Both the position numbers and the translations under genes were made by a program. A stretch of DNA of 64,000 nt from Chromatiaceae bacterium (lineage in GTDB: Bacteria; Pseudomonadota; Gammaproteobacteria; Chromatiales; Chromatiaceae). Below are positions 1 to 11,665 of this stretch, one piece after another. The first letter of the stretch is position 1; every line of letters begins with the position of its first letter. The notes under the pieces were generated by a model. That model did no database searches and was not told where the DNA came from. It saw only the letters and a program-made list of their open reading frames with translations. Where the stretch lies: NCBI GenBank assembly GCA_040775095.1, contig JAXGTD010000007.1, positions 946-64,945 of the forward strand, read 5' to 3'.

Positions 1-978
1 CTGCCGGGACCCAAGCGTGAATGCAACGCGGCGCAGGGTGCGCAGGCGCTCGCGATGGGCCTGCGCCGCATCGCTGAAGCTGGTGACACGCATGCGGTCG
101 GCCATCAGGCGCTCGAGGTCGATGTCGGCGGCGATGAGCTGCTCATCGCGCGCGAAGCGCTCCGACTGCGCCAGCAGCTCGTCGTTCTCGAAGATGACCG
201 CGTGACCGTCCCAGGCGAGATCCGTTGTGGATTCCCCTGGCCCGGCCGCGGAATAGAGGTAGGCGGCGATACACTTGCCGGACTGGGCCGCGCACAGGTC
301 GTTACGGTAACGCGCCTTGCCGATGGTGATATTGCTTGCCGAGAGGTTCAGCAGCACGGTCGCGCCGGCGAGCGCCGCATAGGTGCTCGGCGGGATCGGC
401 GTCCAAAGGTCCTCGCACAGCTCCATGTGCAGGATCAGTCCGTCGACATCGGTCGCGGCGAGCAGCAGGTCGTTACCGAAAGGGACGCTGGCGCCGAGCA
501 GATCGATCTCGCGCGCGATGGCCGCGTCGGCACCGGCGAACTGACGCTGCTCGTAGAACTCGTGGTCATTCGGCAGATAGGTCTTCGGCACGACGCCGAG
601 GACGCGTCCCGCGTGGACCGCCACGGCGCAGTTGAACAGCCGTCCGTCGACACGTAGTGGCAGTCCGACCGCAATCAGCGGGCGCAGCGTGCGGCTGGCA
701 TCGAGAATGCGCCCGAGCCCCGCCAGGCAGGCGTCGAGCAGGGCATGCTGGTGGAACAGGTCCTCGTTGCTGTAGGCGGAGATGCCCAGCTCCGGGAACA
801 ACGCGACCGCGCAGCCCAGGTCCGATGCGCGCCGGGCCAGTGCGATGGTCGCGTCCGCGTTGCGGGCCGGATCGGCGACGCGCACCGGCGGGACACACAC
901 CGCGGCGCGCACCAGGCCATGGCGCTGGAGGTCGAAAAAGGCCGCCTGGCGGCTTTCGGTGCTTGTCGCGCTGGTCAT
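1..978 (-). CDS. nadE: Glutamine-dependent NAD+ synthetase, N-terminal carbon-nitrogen hydrolase domain (partial; continues past the left window edge)
   Basis: This gene is not in the ORF track because it has no stop inside the window. My own minus-strand translation from the ATG at 978-976 gives [69 protein letters not shown]...[19 protein letters not shown]...[16 protein letters not shown]... It stays open to position 1 (326 codons). The contexts of the nitrilase-type Glu/Lys/Cys triad ([20 protein letters not shown]) are typical of large NadE proteins. Confidence 0.8.
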   Translation of the reverse strand, partial: MTSATSTESRQAAFFDLQRHGLVRAAVCVPPVRVADPARNADATIALARRASDLGCAVALFPELGISAYSNEDLFHQHALLDACLAGLGRILDASRTLRPLIAVGLPLRVDGRLFNCAVAVHAGRVLGVVPKTYLPNDHEFYEQRQFAGADAAIAREIDLLGASVPFGNDLLLAATDVDGLILHMELCEDLWTPIPPSTYAALAGATVLLNLSASNITIGKARYRNDLCAAQSGKCIAAYLYSAAGPGESTTDLAWDGHAVIFENDELLAQSERFARDEQLIAADIDLERLMADRMRVTSFSDAAQAHRERLRTLRRVAFTLGSRQ

Positions 979-1045
979 GCCCTGGTCGGCGGTGGCCGTT
1001 GTGTACAGTCGTTGCGGGATGGTCCAAAGGAGACGCGGATCCAAC

Positions 1046-1128
1046 GCCATCCTGGCATCGGATCAGCTCGCGAACCGAAAACGCGGTTTCCGATTCGCTC
1101 CATTTTCAGCCACTTGGGTGATTGCGAA
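1046..1128 (+). repeat. Structured intergenic repeat, copy 1 (paralogous to 33648..33728)
   Basis: The segment aligns by eye with 33648..33728 in the same orientation. The 22-nt core ACCGAAAACGCGGTTTCCGATT is identical (1074..1095). A flanking stem ATCGGA(1057-1062)/TCCGAT(1089-1094) encloses the core. It lies between the smpB stop and the nadE start. Confidence 0.6.
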
Positions 1129-1154
1129 TGCCGTGCCATCCCTGGTCCCAAGGG

Positions 1155-1634
1155 TCAGTTCTGTTTGAACAGGCGCTCTTTCTCGCGTTGCCAATCGCGG
1201 TCCTTCTCGGTGGCCCGCTTATCGTGCAGCTTCTTGCCCTTGGCCAGGCCGATCTCGAGCTTGGCCCGGCCGTGCTTCCAATACATCGCGGTCGGGACCA
1301 GCGTGTACCCCGCGCGCTCGATCTGGCCGATCAGGCGGTTGAGCTCGGTGCGCTTGAGCAGCAGCTTGCGTGAGCGAGTCGGGTCCGGGTCGACGTGGGT
1401 GGATGCGGCCGGCAATGCGGAGATATGCGAGCCGATCAGGAATGCCTCGCCGTGCAGAATCTTGACGTAGCTCTCCTTGAGCTGGACGCGCCCGGCACGC
1501 ATGCTCTTGACCTCCCACCCTTGCAGGACCATCCCGGTCTCGATGCGCTGTTCGATGTGGTACTCGTGGCCGGCCTTCTTGTTCAGGGCGATCGTGCTGC
1601 CGCCGCCGGACTTGTTCTTTTTTGCTTTCGACAT
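1155..1634 (-). CDS. smpB: SsrA-binding protein SmpB
   Basis: The 159-aa ORF reads [48 protein letters not shown]...[23 protein letters not shown]. This is the canonical SmpB sequence and length. Confidence 0.95.
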   Translation of the reverse strand: MSKAKKNKSGGGSTIALNKKAGHEYHIEQRIETGMVLQGWEVKSMRAGRVQLKESYVKILHGEAFLIGSHISALPAASTHVDPDPTRSRKLLLKRTELNRLIGQIERAGYTLVPTAMYWKHGRAKLEIGLAKGKKLHDKRATEKDRDWQREKERLFKQN

Positions 1635-1771
1635 GGCGCGGAGTGTAATCCACGCCTCATGCCGGAAGGAAGCGCGCGGGTCGGAATCGCGCGTCGCGGC
1701 CCGTGCCGCGGTGGTTGCGCTGGCGGCGGCATAGGGCTAAGATGCCGCGTTCTTCAGCACGGGAGATCGTT

Positions 1772-2533
1772 ATGCGTCAGCCGCTGGTTGCAGGCAATTG
1801 GAAAATGAACGGCAGCAAGGCCGAGGCCGCCGAGTTGTTGGCCGGGATCAAGGCCGGCATCGGCGCCGTTGCACGCACGGCAGTGGCTGTCTGTCCCCCG
1901 TTCCCCTACCTGTATCTGGCCGAGCAGATGCTCGCGGATACGGGCATCGGCTATGGGGCGCAGGATGTCTCCCTGGAAGAGGGTGGCGCCTTCACCGGAC
2001 AGGTGTCCGCGGCCATGCTGAAAGACTTCGGTTGTGCCTATGTCATCATCGGCCACTCCGAGCGGCGGATGTTCAATGGCGAGACCGACGCTGACGTGGG
2101 CAAGAAATACGCCCGCGCCGTGGCGGCGGGCCTGACGCCCATCCTTTGCGTCGGCGAGTCGCTGCAAGAGCGCGAGGCCGGACGCACCGAAGAGGTGGTT
2201 GCGCGCCATCTCGACGGCGTGATCGACTCCAACGGCGTTGAGGCCTTGAGTCATGGGGTGATCGCCTACGAGCCGGTCTGGGCGATCGGGACCGGCGTGA
2301 CTGCGACACCCGAGCAGGCGCAGGAGGTGCATGCCTTTCTGCGCGCGCGCATCGCGGCCAGCAATGCGCAGGTCGCCGAAAAGGTTCAGATCCTCTATGG
2401 CGGCAGCATGAAGCCGTCCAATGCGCTCGAGCTGATCGGTCAGCCGGATATCGACGGTGGCCTGATTGGTGGGGCCGCCCTTAAGGCCGCCGATTTCCTG
2501 GCCATCTGCCAGGCCGGCGACAGTAACGCCTGA
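1772..2533 (+). CDS. tpiA: Triose-phosphate isomerase
   Basis: In-frame ATG at 1772 follows GGGAGA (1761-1766). The product starts [15 protein letters not shown] and contains IIGHSERR and [11 protein letters not shown] motifs. The longer track ORF from 1703 is an unlikely start. Confidence 0.93.
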   Translation: MRQPLVAGNWKMNGSKAEAAELLAGIKAGIGAVARTAVAVCPPFPYLYLAEQMLADTGIGYGAQDVSLEEGGAFTGQVSAAMLKDFGCAYVIIGHSERRMFNGETDADVGKKYARAVAAGLTPILCVGESLQEREAGRTEEVVARHLDGVIDSNGVEALSHGVIAYEPVWAIGTGVTATPEQAQEVHAFLRARIAASNAQVAEKVQILYGGSMKPSNALELIGQPDIDGGLIGGAALKAADFLAICQAGDSNA

Positions 2534-2589
2534 GCGAGGCGGCGGAGCGATTCGACCTCAATGGCACGGAATTTCCAGAAGCTCGCGTT

Positions 2590-3111
2590 ATGCAGACCAT
2601 ATTGACCGTTTTCCATTTGGTTCTGGCTCTTGGTCTCATCGGCCTGATCCTGATCCAGCATGGCAAGGGCGCGGACGCGGGTGCCGCCTTTGGCAGCGGC
2701 GCCTCGTCAACGGTATTCGGGGCGCAGGGCTCGGGGTCGTTCCTGTCCCGTTCGACCGCCATTATGGCAACGCTGTTTTTCCTAACGAGTATGGCCTTGG
2801 CCTACTACGCGAGCCAGGTGGGCGAGCCGCAGGGTCTGATGGACGGGGTCGAGGTGCCCGCGGCGGTGGTGCCGGCGATTGAGCGCGAGGCCGCCGGCCT
2901 CGACGTGCCGCGAGCCCCGGATTCCGACGTGCCGAGGACAGCGTCGACGCCCCCTTTATCCGGGGCCGACGTGCCATCGGCTTCGGCTGGTGTGGCCGCG
3001 CCTGGCCCGACGGGGGGCGATCAGGCGGCATCGGGTGAGCCAGCCGACGCTACGCCCGACAACGTGCCGGCCCCGGCGGACGCGTCACCGGGTACGAAGG
3101 AGACCCAGTAG
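2590..3111 (+). CDS. secG: Preprotein translocase subunit SecG with an Ala/Pro/Asp-rich C-terminal extension
   Basis: The N-terminal ~75 aa ([64 protein letters not shown]) are typical SecG. The tpiA-secG-tRNA-Leu synteny supports the call. Confidence 0.9.
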   Translation: MQTILTVFHLVLALGLIGLILIQHGKGADAGAAFGSGASSTVFGAQGSGSFLSRSTAIMATLFFLTSMALAYYASQVGEPQGLMDGVEVPAAVVPAIEREAAGLDVPRAPDSDVPRTASTPPLSGADVPSASAGVAAPGPTGGDQAASGEPADATPDNVPAPADASPGTKETQ

Positions 3112-3188
3112 CCGGCTGTCGCACACCGACGAGCGGGCGGACGGGGTCACCAGGCGGGCAGACAGACAGATCGAAAGAGACGGATTAC

Positions 3189-3273
3189 GCCGACGTGGTG
3201 GAATTGGTAGACACGCTGTCTTGAGGGGGCAGTGGCGCAAGCCGTGCCGGTTCGAGTCCGGCCGTCGGCACCA
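3189..3273 (+). tRNA. leuU: tRNA-Leu (anticodon GAG), class II with long variable arm and encoded CCA
   Basis: I folded it by hand. Acceptor stem is GCCGACG/CGTCGGC, anticodon stem CTGTC/GGCAG with loop TTGAGGG (anticodon GAG), and T arm GCCGG-TTCGAGT-CCGGC, ending in terminal CCA. The position directly after secG matches the E. coli secG-leuU arrangement. Confidence 0.93.
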
Positions 3274-3292
3274 TCATGAACAAGCGGTGTCC

Positions 3293-3315
3293 CAGCGATG
3301 GGCGCTGCTTTTTTT
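3293..3315 (+). terminator. Rho-independent terminator after secG/tRNA-Leu
   Basis: Stem CAGCG(3293-3297)/CGCTG(3303-3307) with loop ATGGG, followed by C and a T7 run (3309-3315). Confidence 0.6.
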
Positions 3316-3395
3316 GTTTCGCTGATAATGATTCCAGATCGCTGAGCTGGGTCATAACCTGTTGATAACAATATAAATCTTGCGGCCGCGGCGGC

Positions 3396-3425
3396 TTGAC
3401 ACCCTGATGTCGCGTGCACTAGACT
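3396..3425 (+). promoter_or_regulatory. Candidate sigma70 promoter of the nuo operon
   Basis: TTGACA (3396-3401), an 18-nt spacer, then TAGACT (3420-3425). An AT-rich stretch lies upstream (3361-3383) and nuoA starts about 70 nt downstream. This is a pattern match only. Confidence 0.4.
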
Positions 3426-3497
3426 GGCGTGCGATCAGAACGTACCACACTCGCGCTGCCGGCTGAAGGTGGCCTGCTGGAGAGGAGGAGAGTCCGG

Positions 3498-3854
3498 ATG
3501 CTGGAAGACTACCTGCATGTCCTGATCTTCATCGCCGTGGCGCTCCTTGTCGGGTTCGTGCCGCGTGTGCTCGGGGCGCTGCTGGGTCCGCGCCACCCGG
3601 GCCAGCAAAAAGACTCCCCGTATGAATGCGGCTTCGAGGCCTTCGAGAATGCGCGGATGAAGTTCGACGTGCGCTATTACCTCGTCGCCATCCTCTTCAT
3701 CATCTTCGATCTGGAAATCGCGTTTCTCTTCCCTTGGGCCGTCGTGCTCGACGAGTTGGGAATGGCCGGGTTCCTGGGCATGCTCGTGTTCCTCGGCATC
3801 CTCGTCGTCGGATTTATCTACGAGTGGAAGAAGGGGGCCCTGGAATGGGAATAG
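3498..3854 (+). CDS. nuoA: NADH-quinone oxidoreductase subunit A
   Basis: ATG at 3498 follows GGAGGAGGAGAG. The product starts [20 protein letters not shown] and contains PYECGFEAF and [19 protein letters not shown]. The track ORF from 3429 is probably over-extended. Confidence 0.9.
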   Translation: MLEDYLHVLIFIAVALLVGFVPRVLGALLGPRHPGQQKDSPYECGFEAFENARMKFDVRYYLVAILFIIFDLEIAFLFPWAVVLDELGMAGFLGMLVFLGILVVGFIYEWKKGALEWE

Positions 3855-4321
3855 AAGGCGTGCTCGAAGAGGGCTTTGTCACCACCACGGCTGACAAGCT
3901 CATTAACTGGGCCCGTACCGGTTCCCTGTGGCCAATGACCTTTGGCCTCGCCTGCTGCGCGGTCGAGATGATGCACGCGGGGGCCGCGCGTTACGATCTG
4001 GACCGTTTCGGAATCATTTTCAGACCCAGCCCCCGTCAGTCCGACGTCATGATCGTCGCCGGCACGCTGGTGAACAAGATGGCGCCGGCGCTGCGCAAGG
4101 TCTACGACCAGATGGCGGAGCCCCGCTGGGTGATCTCCATGGGCTCCTGCGCCAATGGCGGAGGGTACTACCACTATTCCTATTCAGTGGTCCGCGGCTG
4201 TGATCGTATCGTGCCAGTCGACGTCTATGTCCCCGGTTGCCCTCCAACCGCCGAGGCGTTGCTCTACGGTATTTTGCAACTGCAGAACAAGATCCGCCGC
4301 ACCGACACCATCGCCCGCTAA
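3845..4321 (+). CDS. nuoB: NADH-quinone oxidoreductase subunit B
   Basis: The product starts [43 protein letters not shown] and contains [14 protein letters not shown] and GCPP. It overlaps the nuoA end by 10 nt. Confidence 0.92.
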   Translation: MGIEGVLEEGFVTTTADKLINWARTGSLWPMTFGLACCAVEMMHAGAARYDLDRFGIIFRPSPRQSDVMIVAGTLVNKMAPALRKVYDQMAEPRWVISMGSCANGGGYYHYSYSVVRGCDRIVPVDVYVPGCPPTAEALLYGILQLQNKIRRTDTIAR

Positions 4322-4344
4322 CCAGAATCCGGCCGCAGTAACCC

Positions 4345-5064
4345 ATGACAGAGACGTTTCAGACAACGGGCGACGCGCGACTCGACGCGCTCGCCAAGTC
4401 GCTGGTGGAGCAGTTTGGCGGGGCCGATGCCGAGGTGCGGGTCGCACACGGCGAGGTGACCCTGGTGGTCCCCGCCGGACGCCTGCTGGAGGTCGCCGAG
4501 ACGCTGCGCAGCGACAAGACGTTCAAGTTTGAACAACTGATCGATCTGTGCGGCATCGACTATGCCGCCTACGGATGCTCGGAATGGGAGACCACCGCGG
4601 CGTCGACCACGGGCTTCGGTCGCGGCGTCGACCGCGACACCGAGCTGGACACGGACGATCCACGGCGCTTTGCCGTCGCTTATCACCTCCTGTCGCTGGC
4701 CCACAACCGGCGCTTGCGCCTGCGCGTGTACGCCGGCGGCGAGCAGCCGATGGTCGCCTCCGTGACCGGGGTTTGGCCGGTCGCCGACTGGTTCGAGCGC
4801 GAGGCCTTCGACCTGTTCGGCATCCTGTTCGACGGCCACCCCGACCTGCGCCGAATCCTCACCGACTACGGTTTTGTCGGCCACCCGTTTCGCAAGGACT
4901 TCCCGATCAGCGGCCATGTGGCCATGCGCTACGATCCCGAGCTCGAGCGTGTCGTCTACGAGCCGGTGGAGATCGAGCCGCGCGTCCTGGTGCCCAAGGT
5001 GATCCGCTCCGACAGCCGTTACCTGAGCGAGGCCGACGAGAAGGCGGGAGGCACCAATGCCTGA
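4345..5064 (+). CDS. nuoC: NADH-quinone oxidoreductase subunit C
   Basis: 239-aa ORF containing [44 protein letters not shown]. It is separate from nuoD (not fused). Confidence 0.92.
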   Translation: MTETFQTTGDARLDALAKSLVEQFGGADAEVRVAHGEVTLVVPAGRLLEVAETLRSDKTFKFEQLIDLCGIDYAAYGCSEWETTAASTTGFGRGVDRDTELDTDDPRRFAVAYHLLSLAHNRRLRLRVYAGGEQPMVASVTGVWPVADWFEREAFDLFGILFDGHPDLRRILTDYGFVGHPFRKDFPISGHVAMRYDPELERVVYEPVEIEPRVLVPKVIRSDSRYLSEADEKAGGTNA

Positions 5065-6316
5065 GATCCGTAACTACACGCTGAACTTTGGCCCTCAGCA
5101 TCCGGCTGCCCATGGGGTGTTGCGACTGGTGCTGGAGATGGACGGCGAGGTCATCGAGCGCGCCGACCCCCACATCGGACTGCTTCATCGGGGGACCGAG
5201 AAGCTGGCGGAGACCAAGCCGTTCAATCAGAGCATCGGCTATATGGACCGCCTCGATTACGTCTCGATGATGTGCAACGAGCACGGCTACGTGCGCGCGA
5301 TCGAGAAGCTGCTGGGAATCGATGCGCCGGTTCGCGCGCAGTATATCCGCACGATGTTCGATGAGATCACGCGCATTCTCAACCACCTGATGTGGCTGGG
5401 TGCGCACGCGCTCGACATCGGTGCGATGACCGTCTTCCTTTACTGTTTTCGCGAGCGCGAAGACCTGATGGACTGCTATGAGGCGGTGTCCGGCGCGCGG
5501 CTGCATGCGACCTACTACCGCCCCGGCGGTGTCTACCGGGATCTCCCCGCGCGCATGCCGCGTTTCCCCGAGGCGGCGTCGAAGTGGCACAGTGAGCGCG
5601 AGATCCGCCAACTCAACGACGCGCGCGGCGGTTCGCTGCTCGACTTCCTCGATGATTTCACCCAGCGCTTCCCGAAGCTGGTGGACGAGTACGAGACGCT
5701 GCTGACCGACAATCGCATCTGGAAGCAGCGCACCGTGGGGATCGGTGTCGTTACCGAGGAACGCGCCAAGGCGCTCGGATTCACCGGTCCGATGCTACGC
5801 GGGTCGGGCGTCGCCTGGGATCTGCGCAAGAAACAGCCCTATGCCGCCTACGACCAGGTCGACTTCGACATCCCGGTCGGCCAGAACGGCGACTGCTACG
5901 ACCGCTACCTGGTGCGGATGGAGGAGATGCGCCAATCCAACCGCATCATCCAGCAATGTATCGGATGGCTAAGAGCCAATCCGGGGCCCGTCATGCTCGA
6001 TGACCATAAGGTCACGCCCCCGTCGCGGGTCGCGATGAAGGATGACATGGAGGCCCTGATCCATCACTTCAAACTCTTCACCGAGGGCTACTGCACACCC
6101 GTCGGTGAGGTGTATGCGGCGGTGGAGGCCCCGAAGGGCGAGTTCGGCTGTTACATCATCTCCGACGGCGCCAACAAGCCCTATCGGCTCAAGGTGCGCG
6201 CGCCGGGCTTCCCCCATCTGGCGGCGATGGATGAGATGGCGAAGGGGCACATGCTGGCCGACGTCGTCGCCATCATCGGCACGATGGATATCGTCTTCGG
6301 GGAGATCGACCGCTGA
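5057..6316 (+). CDS. nuoD: NADH-quinone oxidoreductase subunit D
   Basis: 419-aa ORF starting [32 protein letters not shown] and ending [39 protein letters not shown]. Confidence 0.95.
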   Translation: MPEIRNYTLNFGPQHPAAHGVLRLVLEMDGEVIERADPHIGLLHRGTEKLAETKPFNQSIGYMDRLDYVSMMCNEHGYVRAIEKLLGIDAPVRAQYIRTMFDEITRILNHLMWLGAHALDIGAMTVFLYCFREREDLMDCYEAVSGARLHATYYRPGGVYRDLPARMPRFPEAASKWHSEREIRQLNDARGGSLLDFLDDFTQRFPKLVDEYETLLTDNRIWKQRTVGIGVVTEERAKALGFTGPMLRGSGVAWDLRKKQPYAAYDQVDFDIPVGQNGDCYDRYLVRMEEMRQSNRIIQQCIGWLRANPGPVMLDDHKVTPPSRVAMKDDMEALIHHFKLFTEGYCTPVGEVYAAVEAPKGEFGCYIISDGANKPYRLKVRAPGFPHLAAMDEMAKGHMLADVVAIIGTMDIVFGEIDR

Positions 6317-6843
6317 TGAGTTTCCGTACCGCACCGCTCGCGGTCGTCCACGACCGCGCCAAAGACAGCCTGTTCACGCCCGAGATTCGCGCCGAGATCG
6401 ACAGGCACATTGCCAAGTACCCCCCGGAGTGGAAGCAATCGGCCGTGATGCCGGCCTTGACGCTGCTGCAGGATCACAACGGCGGGTGGCTGACGAAGGC
6501 ACTGATGAACGATGTCGCCGCCTATCTCGACATGCCCGAGGTCGCCGTCTACGAGGTGGCGACGTTTTACGGTATGTACGATCTCGAGCCCGTTGGCCGG
6601 CACAAGGTCTGCATCTGTAACAGCGTCTCCTGCATGCTCGGTGGGGCAGAGGAGCTGATGCACCATATCGAGCGGAAATATGGCGTTGCCCCGGGCGGCA
6701 CCACGGCCGACGGCAAGTTTACGTTCAAGGAGCTCGAATGCCTCGGCGCCTGCAGGGATGCGCCCGCCGTGATGGTCGACAAGACCTACCATGAGCGGCT
6801 CGATGCCGAAGGCCTCGATAAGCTGATCGACGATCTGGACTGA
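6316..6843 (+). CDS. nuoE: NADH-quinone oxidoreductase subunit E (2Fe-2S)
   Basis: 175-aa ORF with the Cys pattern ICNSVSCMLGG...ECLGACRDAP and the correct operon position. Confidence 0.92.
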   Translation: MSFRTAPLAVVHDRAKDSLFTPEIRAEIDRHIAKYPPEWKQSAVMPALTLLQDHNGGWLTKALMNDVAAYLDMPEVAVYEVATFYGMYDLEPVGRHKVCICNSVSCMLGGAEELMHHIERKYGVAPGGTTADGKFTFKELECLGACRDAPAVMVDKTYHERLDAEGLDKLIDDLD

Positions 6844-6861
6844 GCGGCACACGACAACATC

Positions 6862-8151
6862 ATGGTAGACAATCAGAACACCGTCTGTTTCCGCACCCTG
6901 CACCTCGATGCGCAGTTGCGTCACACGCTGGCGGCGTATCGTAGCGTCGGCGGCTATGTGCAATGGGAGCGGATCCTGAAGGATCGACCCGATCCCTCTG
7001 CCCTGATCGACGAGCTGAAGCTGTCGTCCCTGCGTGGCCGCGGCGGTGCTGGCTTTCCGACGGGCCTGAAGTGGAGCTTCATGCCGCGCCAGGCGCCGGG
7101 ACAGAAGTACATCGTCTGCAACTCCGATGAGGGTGAGCCGGGCACCTGCAAAGACCGCGACATCCTGCGCTTCAATCCCCACCAGTTGATCGAGGGCATG
7201 GCCATCGCCGGCTATTGCATCGGCGCGACAGTGGGTTACAACTACATCCGCGGGGAGTTCTACGAGCCGGCCGCCCGATTCGAAGGCGCGCTCGAAGAGG
7301 CCTATGCCGCCGGGTTGTTGGGTAAGGACGTCAGTGGCTCCGGGATCGACTTCGACCTCTACAGCCACCTCGGTGCCGGTGCCTACATCTGTGGCGAGGA
7401 GACGGCGCTGCTCGAATCGATCGAGGGCAAAAAGGGACAGCCTCGCTACAAGCCCCCGTTCCCGGCGCAGGCCGGCCTCTATGGGCGGCCCACGACCATC
7501 AACAACACCGAGTCATTGGCCTCCGTGCCGGTGATCCTCGAGAAGGGCGGGCACTGGTTCCTGGATCAGGGCAGGCCCAACAATGGGGGGCCGAAGCTGT
7601 TCTCGGTCACGGGCCACGTGAATCATCCGGCGAACTTCGAGGTGCCCCTCGGCACCCCGTTTGCCGAGCTGCTTGAGATGGCCGGCGGCGTCAGGGACGG
7701 GCGTGCGCTCAAGGCGGTGATCCCGGGCGGGTCCTCGGTCCCCGTGGTGCCGGGCGAGATCATGTTGCAGACCGACATGGACTATGACTCGATCAGCAAG
7801 GCCGGCTCGATGCTCGGCTCCGGCGCCGTCATCGTGATCGCGGAAGGCACCTGCATGGTCAAGGTCCTCGCGAATCTGGCCCACTTCTATGCCCACGAGT
7901 CCTGCGGTCAGTGCACCCCTTGTCGCGAGGGAACGGGCTGGCTGGCGCGGGTGCTGCATCGCATCCTGCACGGGCAGGGCCGCGTGGAAGACCTCGATCT
8001 GCTCGACAGCGTCGCCGGCCGGATCGGCGGACGAACCATCTGTGCATTGGGCGATGCCGCGGCGATGCCGGTGCAGAGCTTCCTGAAGCACTACCGCCAC
8101 GAGTTCGAGTACCTGATCGAGCACGGCACCCCCATGGTCGCGGCCGCCTGA
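6862..8151 (+). CDS. nuoF: NADH-quinone oxidoreductase subunit F (FMN/NADH-binding)
   Basis: 429-aa ORF containing [29 protein letters not shown] and [12 protein letters not shown]. Confidence 0.95.
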   Translation: MVDNQNTVCFRTLHLDAQLRHTLAAYRSVGGYVQWERILKDRPDPSALIDELKLSSLRGRGGAGFPTGLKWSFMPRQAPGQKYIVCNSDEGEPGTCKDRDILRFNPHQLIEGMAIAGYCIGATVGYNYIRGEFYEPAARFEGALEEAYAAGLLGKDVSGSGIDFDLYSHLGAGAYICGEETALLESIEGKKGQPRYKPPFPAQAGLYGRPTTINNTESLASVPVILEKGGHWFLDQGRPNNGGPKLFSVTGHVNHPANFEVPLGTPFAELLEMAGGVRDGRALKAVIPGGSSVPVVPGEIMLQTDMDYDSISKAGSMLGSGAVIVIAEGTCMVKVLANLAHFYAHESCGQCTPCREGTGWLARVLHRILHGQGRVEDLDLLDSVAGRIGGRTICALGDAAAMPVQSFLKHYRHEFEYLIEHGTPMVAAA

Positions 8152-8179
8152 GGCGCCCAGCAGGAGACGAGACGCCCAG

Positions 8180-10582
8180 ATGTCTACAGAGACCCCGGAA
8201 ACGCTCAGTATCGAGATCGACGGTCGCGCCTGTGAGGCCGTGCCGGGCGAGATGATCATCGCCGTCGCCGATCGCGAGGGCATCGTGATCCCGCGTTTTT
8301 GCTATCACGAGAAGCTGTCTATCGCCGCGAACTGTCGCATGTGCCTGGTGGAGGCGGAGCAGGGCGGTCGCCCCTTCCCAAAACCCGTGCCCGCCTGCGC
8401 CACGCCGGTGGGCGCCGGAATGAAGGTCCAGACGCGCTCGCACAAGGCCCTCGAGGCCCAGCGCGGCACCATGGAATTCCTGCTGATCAATCATCCGCTG
8501 GACTGCCCCATCTGTGATCAGGGCGGTGAGTGCGAGCTGCAGGACGTCTCCATGGGCTACGGCGGCGACATCTCCCGCTTCAGCGAGCGCAAGCGCGTGG
8601 TCAAGGATGAGGACCTCGGTCCGCTGATCGCCACCGAGATGACCCGCTGCATCCATTGCACCCGTTGCGTACGCTTTGGCGCCGAGATCGCCGGGGTGCG
8701 CGAGCTTGGCGCCACCGGGCGAGGCGAGGACATGCGTATCGGGACCTTCGTCGCGCATACCGTCGCGCACGAGCTATCGGGCAACGTCATCGACCTCTGC
8801 CCGGTCGGTGCGCTGACATCCAAGCCCTATCGGTTCAAGGCCCGCGCCTGGGAGCTGACCTCACGGGATGGGGTCGCACCCCATGACGCGGTCGGCTCCA
8901 ATCTCCATATCCACGCGCGTGGCGGACGGGTCATGCGCGTGCACCCCCGCGACAACGAGTCGGTGAACGAGACCTGGATCTCGGATCGGGATCGGTTCAG
9001 CTACCAGGGTCTGAACAGCGGAAAACGGCTCACCGCACCAATGGTGCGGCGTGATGACGGCTGGCACGAGATCGAATGGCCGGAGGCCCTGAACATCGCC
9101 GCCGCGGGGCTGCGCGGGCTCGCCGAGGCCGGGCAGGCCAATGAGATCGGGTGTCTGATGGCACCAAACGCAACGCTCGAAGAGCTCTATCTGGCGCAGA
9201 AGCTCATGCGCGGGCTCGGCAGCGCCAATATCGACACGCGGTTGCGCAGGCAGGACTTCCGCTGCGATGCCGCCGATGCGCCGCGGCCATGGCTTGGCGT
9301 GCCGATCGCCGAGCTCGAATCCCAGCAGGCCGTCCTGTTGATCGGCAGCGACATCCGCCAGGAGCAGCCGCTGCTGGCCCACCGCATTCGCAAGGCCGCG
9401 CTCGGCGGCGCGGAGGTGGCATTCATCAATCCCTACCGGCTTGCGCTGACCCATCGCAGTCGGCAGCTGGTCGCGCCACCCGGCGGCATGCTCAATGAGC
9501 TGGCCGCGATCGCCAAGGTCCTCAAGAAGCGCGGCAGCGGGGGCGTCAGGACGCTGATCAGCGGCTGCGAGCCGAACGACGTCCATCGGGGCCTGGCCGA
9601 GACCCTGCAGCAGGCGGGCGATCGCGGCAGCGGCTTGATCCTGCTCGGTGCGCTGGCCGAGGCAGACCCGAACTACACGCTCCTCCAGGCCCTGGCGTAT
9701 GCGATCGCCGATGCCACCGGCTGTCGTGTCGGCTTCCTACCCGGAGCCGCCAATAGCACCGGCAGCGCGCTGGCGGGATCCCAGCCGCACCTGCTGCCCG
9801 GCGGCAAGCCCGCCCCCGAATCCGGGCTGAATGCGCTGGCCATGCTGACCGAGCCGCGCAAGGCCTATCTGCTCTGGGGGCTGGAGCCAGACCTGGACCT
9901 GGTCGACCCGGGCGCGGCCATGACGGCCCTGGAGCAGGCGGGCCTGGTGATCGCGTGCGCCAGCTTCGCCAGCCCCTCCCTGGAGGCGGTCGCGGACCTG
10001 CTGCTGCCCATCGCCGGCTTCACCGAAACCGCCGGTACCCTGGTGAACGCCGGGGGCAGCTGGCAGCGCTTTCAGGGCGTGGTCCCCCCGCCCGGCGATG
10101 CCCGGCCCGGCTGGAAGGTGTTGCGCGTGCTCGGCAACCTGCTGGAGCTCGATGGCTTCGACCAGGACAACGCAAAACAGGTCCACGACGAGCTTCTTGC
10201 GCACTGCGCGGGTGTCGAGCACGACAACAAGCGGCGTGCCGCGCAGACGGCCGTTGCCGAACTGCCCAACGGACGGCTGGTCCGGGTCGGCAATGTGCCG
10301 ATCTATGCCGTCGACGCGCTGGTGCGAGCGGCCCCCGCGCTACAGGCCACGCCACTGGCCGAGGCGTTTGCGGTCCACCTGCACCCGCGCCAGGCCCGGG
10401 AGCTGGACCTCGGCCCCGCCGATGAGGTCATGATCCGCCAGGACGGCGGGGCGGCCCGCGCCCCGGTGGTCCTCGATGACGCCCTGTCGATGGGCTGTGC
10501 ACGTATCCCGGCAGCGGTGCCAGGCAGCGAATCCCTGGGCGCTCAGATCGGCCCGATCACGCTCGAGAAGGCGGAAGACTAA
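8180..10582 (+). CDS. nuoG: NADH-quinone oxidoreductase subunit G
   Basis: 800-aa ORF containing CYHEKLSIAANCRMCLVE, HPLDCPICDQGGECELQD and CIHCTRCVRF. Confidence 0.95.
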   Translation: MSTETPETLSIEIDGRACEAVPGEMIIAVADREGIVIPRFCYHEKLSIAANCRMCLVEAEQGGRPFPKPVPACATPVGAGMKVQTRSHKALEAQRGTMEFLLINHPLDCPICDQGGECELQDVSMGYGGDISRFSERKRVVKDEDLGPLIATEMTRCIHCTRCVRFGAEIAGVRELGATGRGEDMRIGTFVAHTVAHELSGNVIDLCPVGALTSKPYRFKARAWELTSRDGVAPHDAVGSNLHIHARGGRVMRVHPRDNESVNETWISDRDRFSYQGLNSGKRLTAPMVRRDDGWHEIEWPEALNIAAAGLRGLAEAGQANEIGCLMAPNATLEELYLAQKLMRGLGSANIDTRLRRQDFRCDAADAPRPWLGVPIAELESQQAVLLIGSDIRQEQPLLAHRIRKAALGGAEVAFINPYRLALTHRSRQLVAPPGGMLNELAAIAKVLKKRGSGGVRTLISGCEPNDVHRGLAETLQQAGDRGSGLILLGALAEADPNYTLLQALAYAIADATGCRVGFLPGAANSTGSALAGSQPHLLPGGKPAPESGLNALAMLTEPRKAYLLWGLEPDLDLVDPGAAMTALEQAGLVIACASFASPSLEAVADLLLPIAGFTETAGTLVNAGGSWQRFQGVVPPPGDARPGWKVLRVLGNLLELDGFDQDNAKQVHDELLAHCAGVEHDNKRRAAQTAVAELPNGRLVRVGNVPIYAVDALVRAAPALQATPLAEAFAVHLHPRQARELDLGPADEVMIRQDGGAARAPVVLDDALSMGCARIPAAVPGSESLGAQIGPITLEKAED

Positions 10583-10597
10583 GGTGAAGGTGCAGCC

Positions 10598-11641
10598 ATG
10601 ATGGACCTCTGGACAGCCCTGCCGGTGCCGGTGCAGGGCATCGTCGCGACCATCGCGATCGTACTGCCCCTGCTCGGTGTGGTGGCCTACTACACCTACG
10701 CCGAGCGCAAGGTCATCGGCTATATGCAGGTGCGCATTGGCCCGAACCGGGTTGGCTGGCGCGGCCTGCTGCAGCCGATCGCCGATGCGGTGAAACTGCT
10801 GGTGAAGGAGATCATCGTGCCGAGCCAGGCCAACAAGGGCCTGTTCCTGCTCGCGCCTTTGATCGCCATTGCGCCCGCGTTGGCGGCCTGGGCCGTGATC
10901 CCCTTCGATGCGGGCCTCGTCCTGGCCGATATCAATGCCGGACTGCTCTACGTGCTGGCCCTGACATCGCTGGGCGTCTACGGTGTGATCATTGCCGGCT
11001 GGGCCTCGAACTCCAAGTACGCCTTCCTTGGGTCGCTGCGCGCGGCGGCACAGATCGTGGCCTATGAGATCGCGATGGGCTTTGCGCTGGTGGGGGTGCT
11101 GGTTGCGGCCGGCAGTCTGAACCTCAGTGCGATCGTCCTGGCCCAGGACGGAAGCGTCCTGACCTGGTTCTGGCTCCCGCTGCTGCCGCTGTTCGGCGTC
11201 TACTACATCTCTGGCGTGGCCGAGACCAATCGCGCCCCGTTCGACGTCGCCGAAGGCGAGTCGGAGATCGTCGCCGGTTTCCACGTGGAATATTCTGGCA
11301 TGGCGTTCGCGGTCTTCTTTCTGGCCGAATACGCCAACATGGTCCTGATTGCGATGCTCTCCACGCTGCTGTTCTTCGGCGGCTGGCTCTCGCCATTCCA
11401 GGGCATCCCCTTGCTGGAAGAGGCCTTCGCGTGGGTCCCGGGCATGATCTGGCTGGTGCTCAAGACCTTCTTCTTCATGTTCACCTTCCTCTGGTTGCGG
11501 GCAACCTTTCCACGTTACCGCTACGACCAGATCATGCGTCTGGGTTGGAAGGTGTTCATCCCGATCACGATCGTCTGGATCCTGGTCGTCGCCCTGGGCG
11601 TGGTCTTCGAGATCCCGCCCTGGTGGTCGGCGGCGGCCTGA
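10598..11641 (+). CDS. nuoH: NADH-quinone oxidoreductase subunit H
   Basis: 347-aa polytopic membrane ORF containing [19 protein letters not shown] and [27 protein letters not shown]. Confidence 0.95.
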   Translation: MMDLWTALPVPVQGIVATIAIVLPLLGVVAYYTYAERKVIGYMQVRIGPNRVGWRGLLQPIADAVKLLVKEIIVPSQANKGLFLLAPLIAIAPALAAWAVIPFDAGLVLADINAGLLYVLALTSLGVYGVIIAGWASNSKYAFLGSLRAAAQIVAYEIAMGFALVGVLVAAGSLNLSAIVLAQDGSVLTWFWLPLLPLFGVYYISGVAETNRAPFDVAEGESEIVAGFHVEYSGMAFAVFFLAEYANMVLIAMLSTLLFFGGWLSPFQGIPLLEEAFAWVPGMIWLVLKTFFFMFTFLWLRATFPRYRYDQIMRLGWKVFIPITIVWILVVALGVVFEIPPWWSAAA

Positions 11642-11665
11642 CGGGAGGCTCGAAGGATTACCCTC

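Noticed and set aside
55-657. 200-aa plus-strand ORF at the left edge. The track offers several overlapping ORFs here and no obvious gene.
   Set aside because: The minus strand is open from 978 to the window edge and encodes a clear NadE carbon-nitrogen hydrolase domain. The listed ORFs are frame artefacts.
979-1154. I looked for tmRNA (ssrA) next to smpB, its frequent neighbour.
   Set aside because: Only 176 nt are available, which is too short for a ~350-nt tmRNA. There is no GGGGCUGA… 5' end and no tag-reading-frame-like segment. The space is occupied by the intergenic repeat instead.
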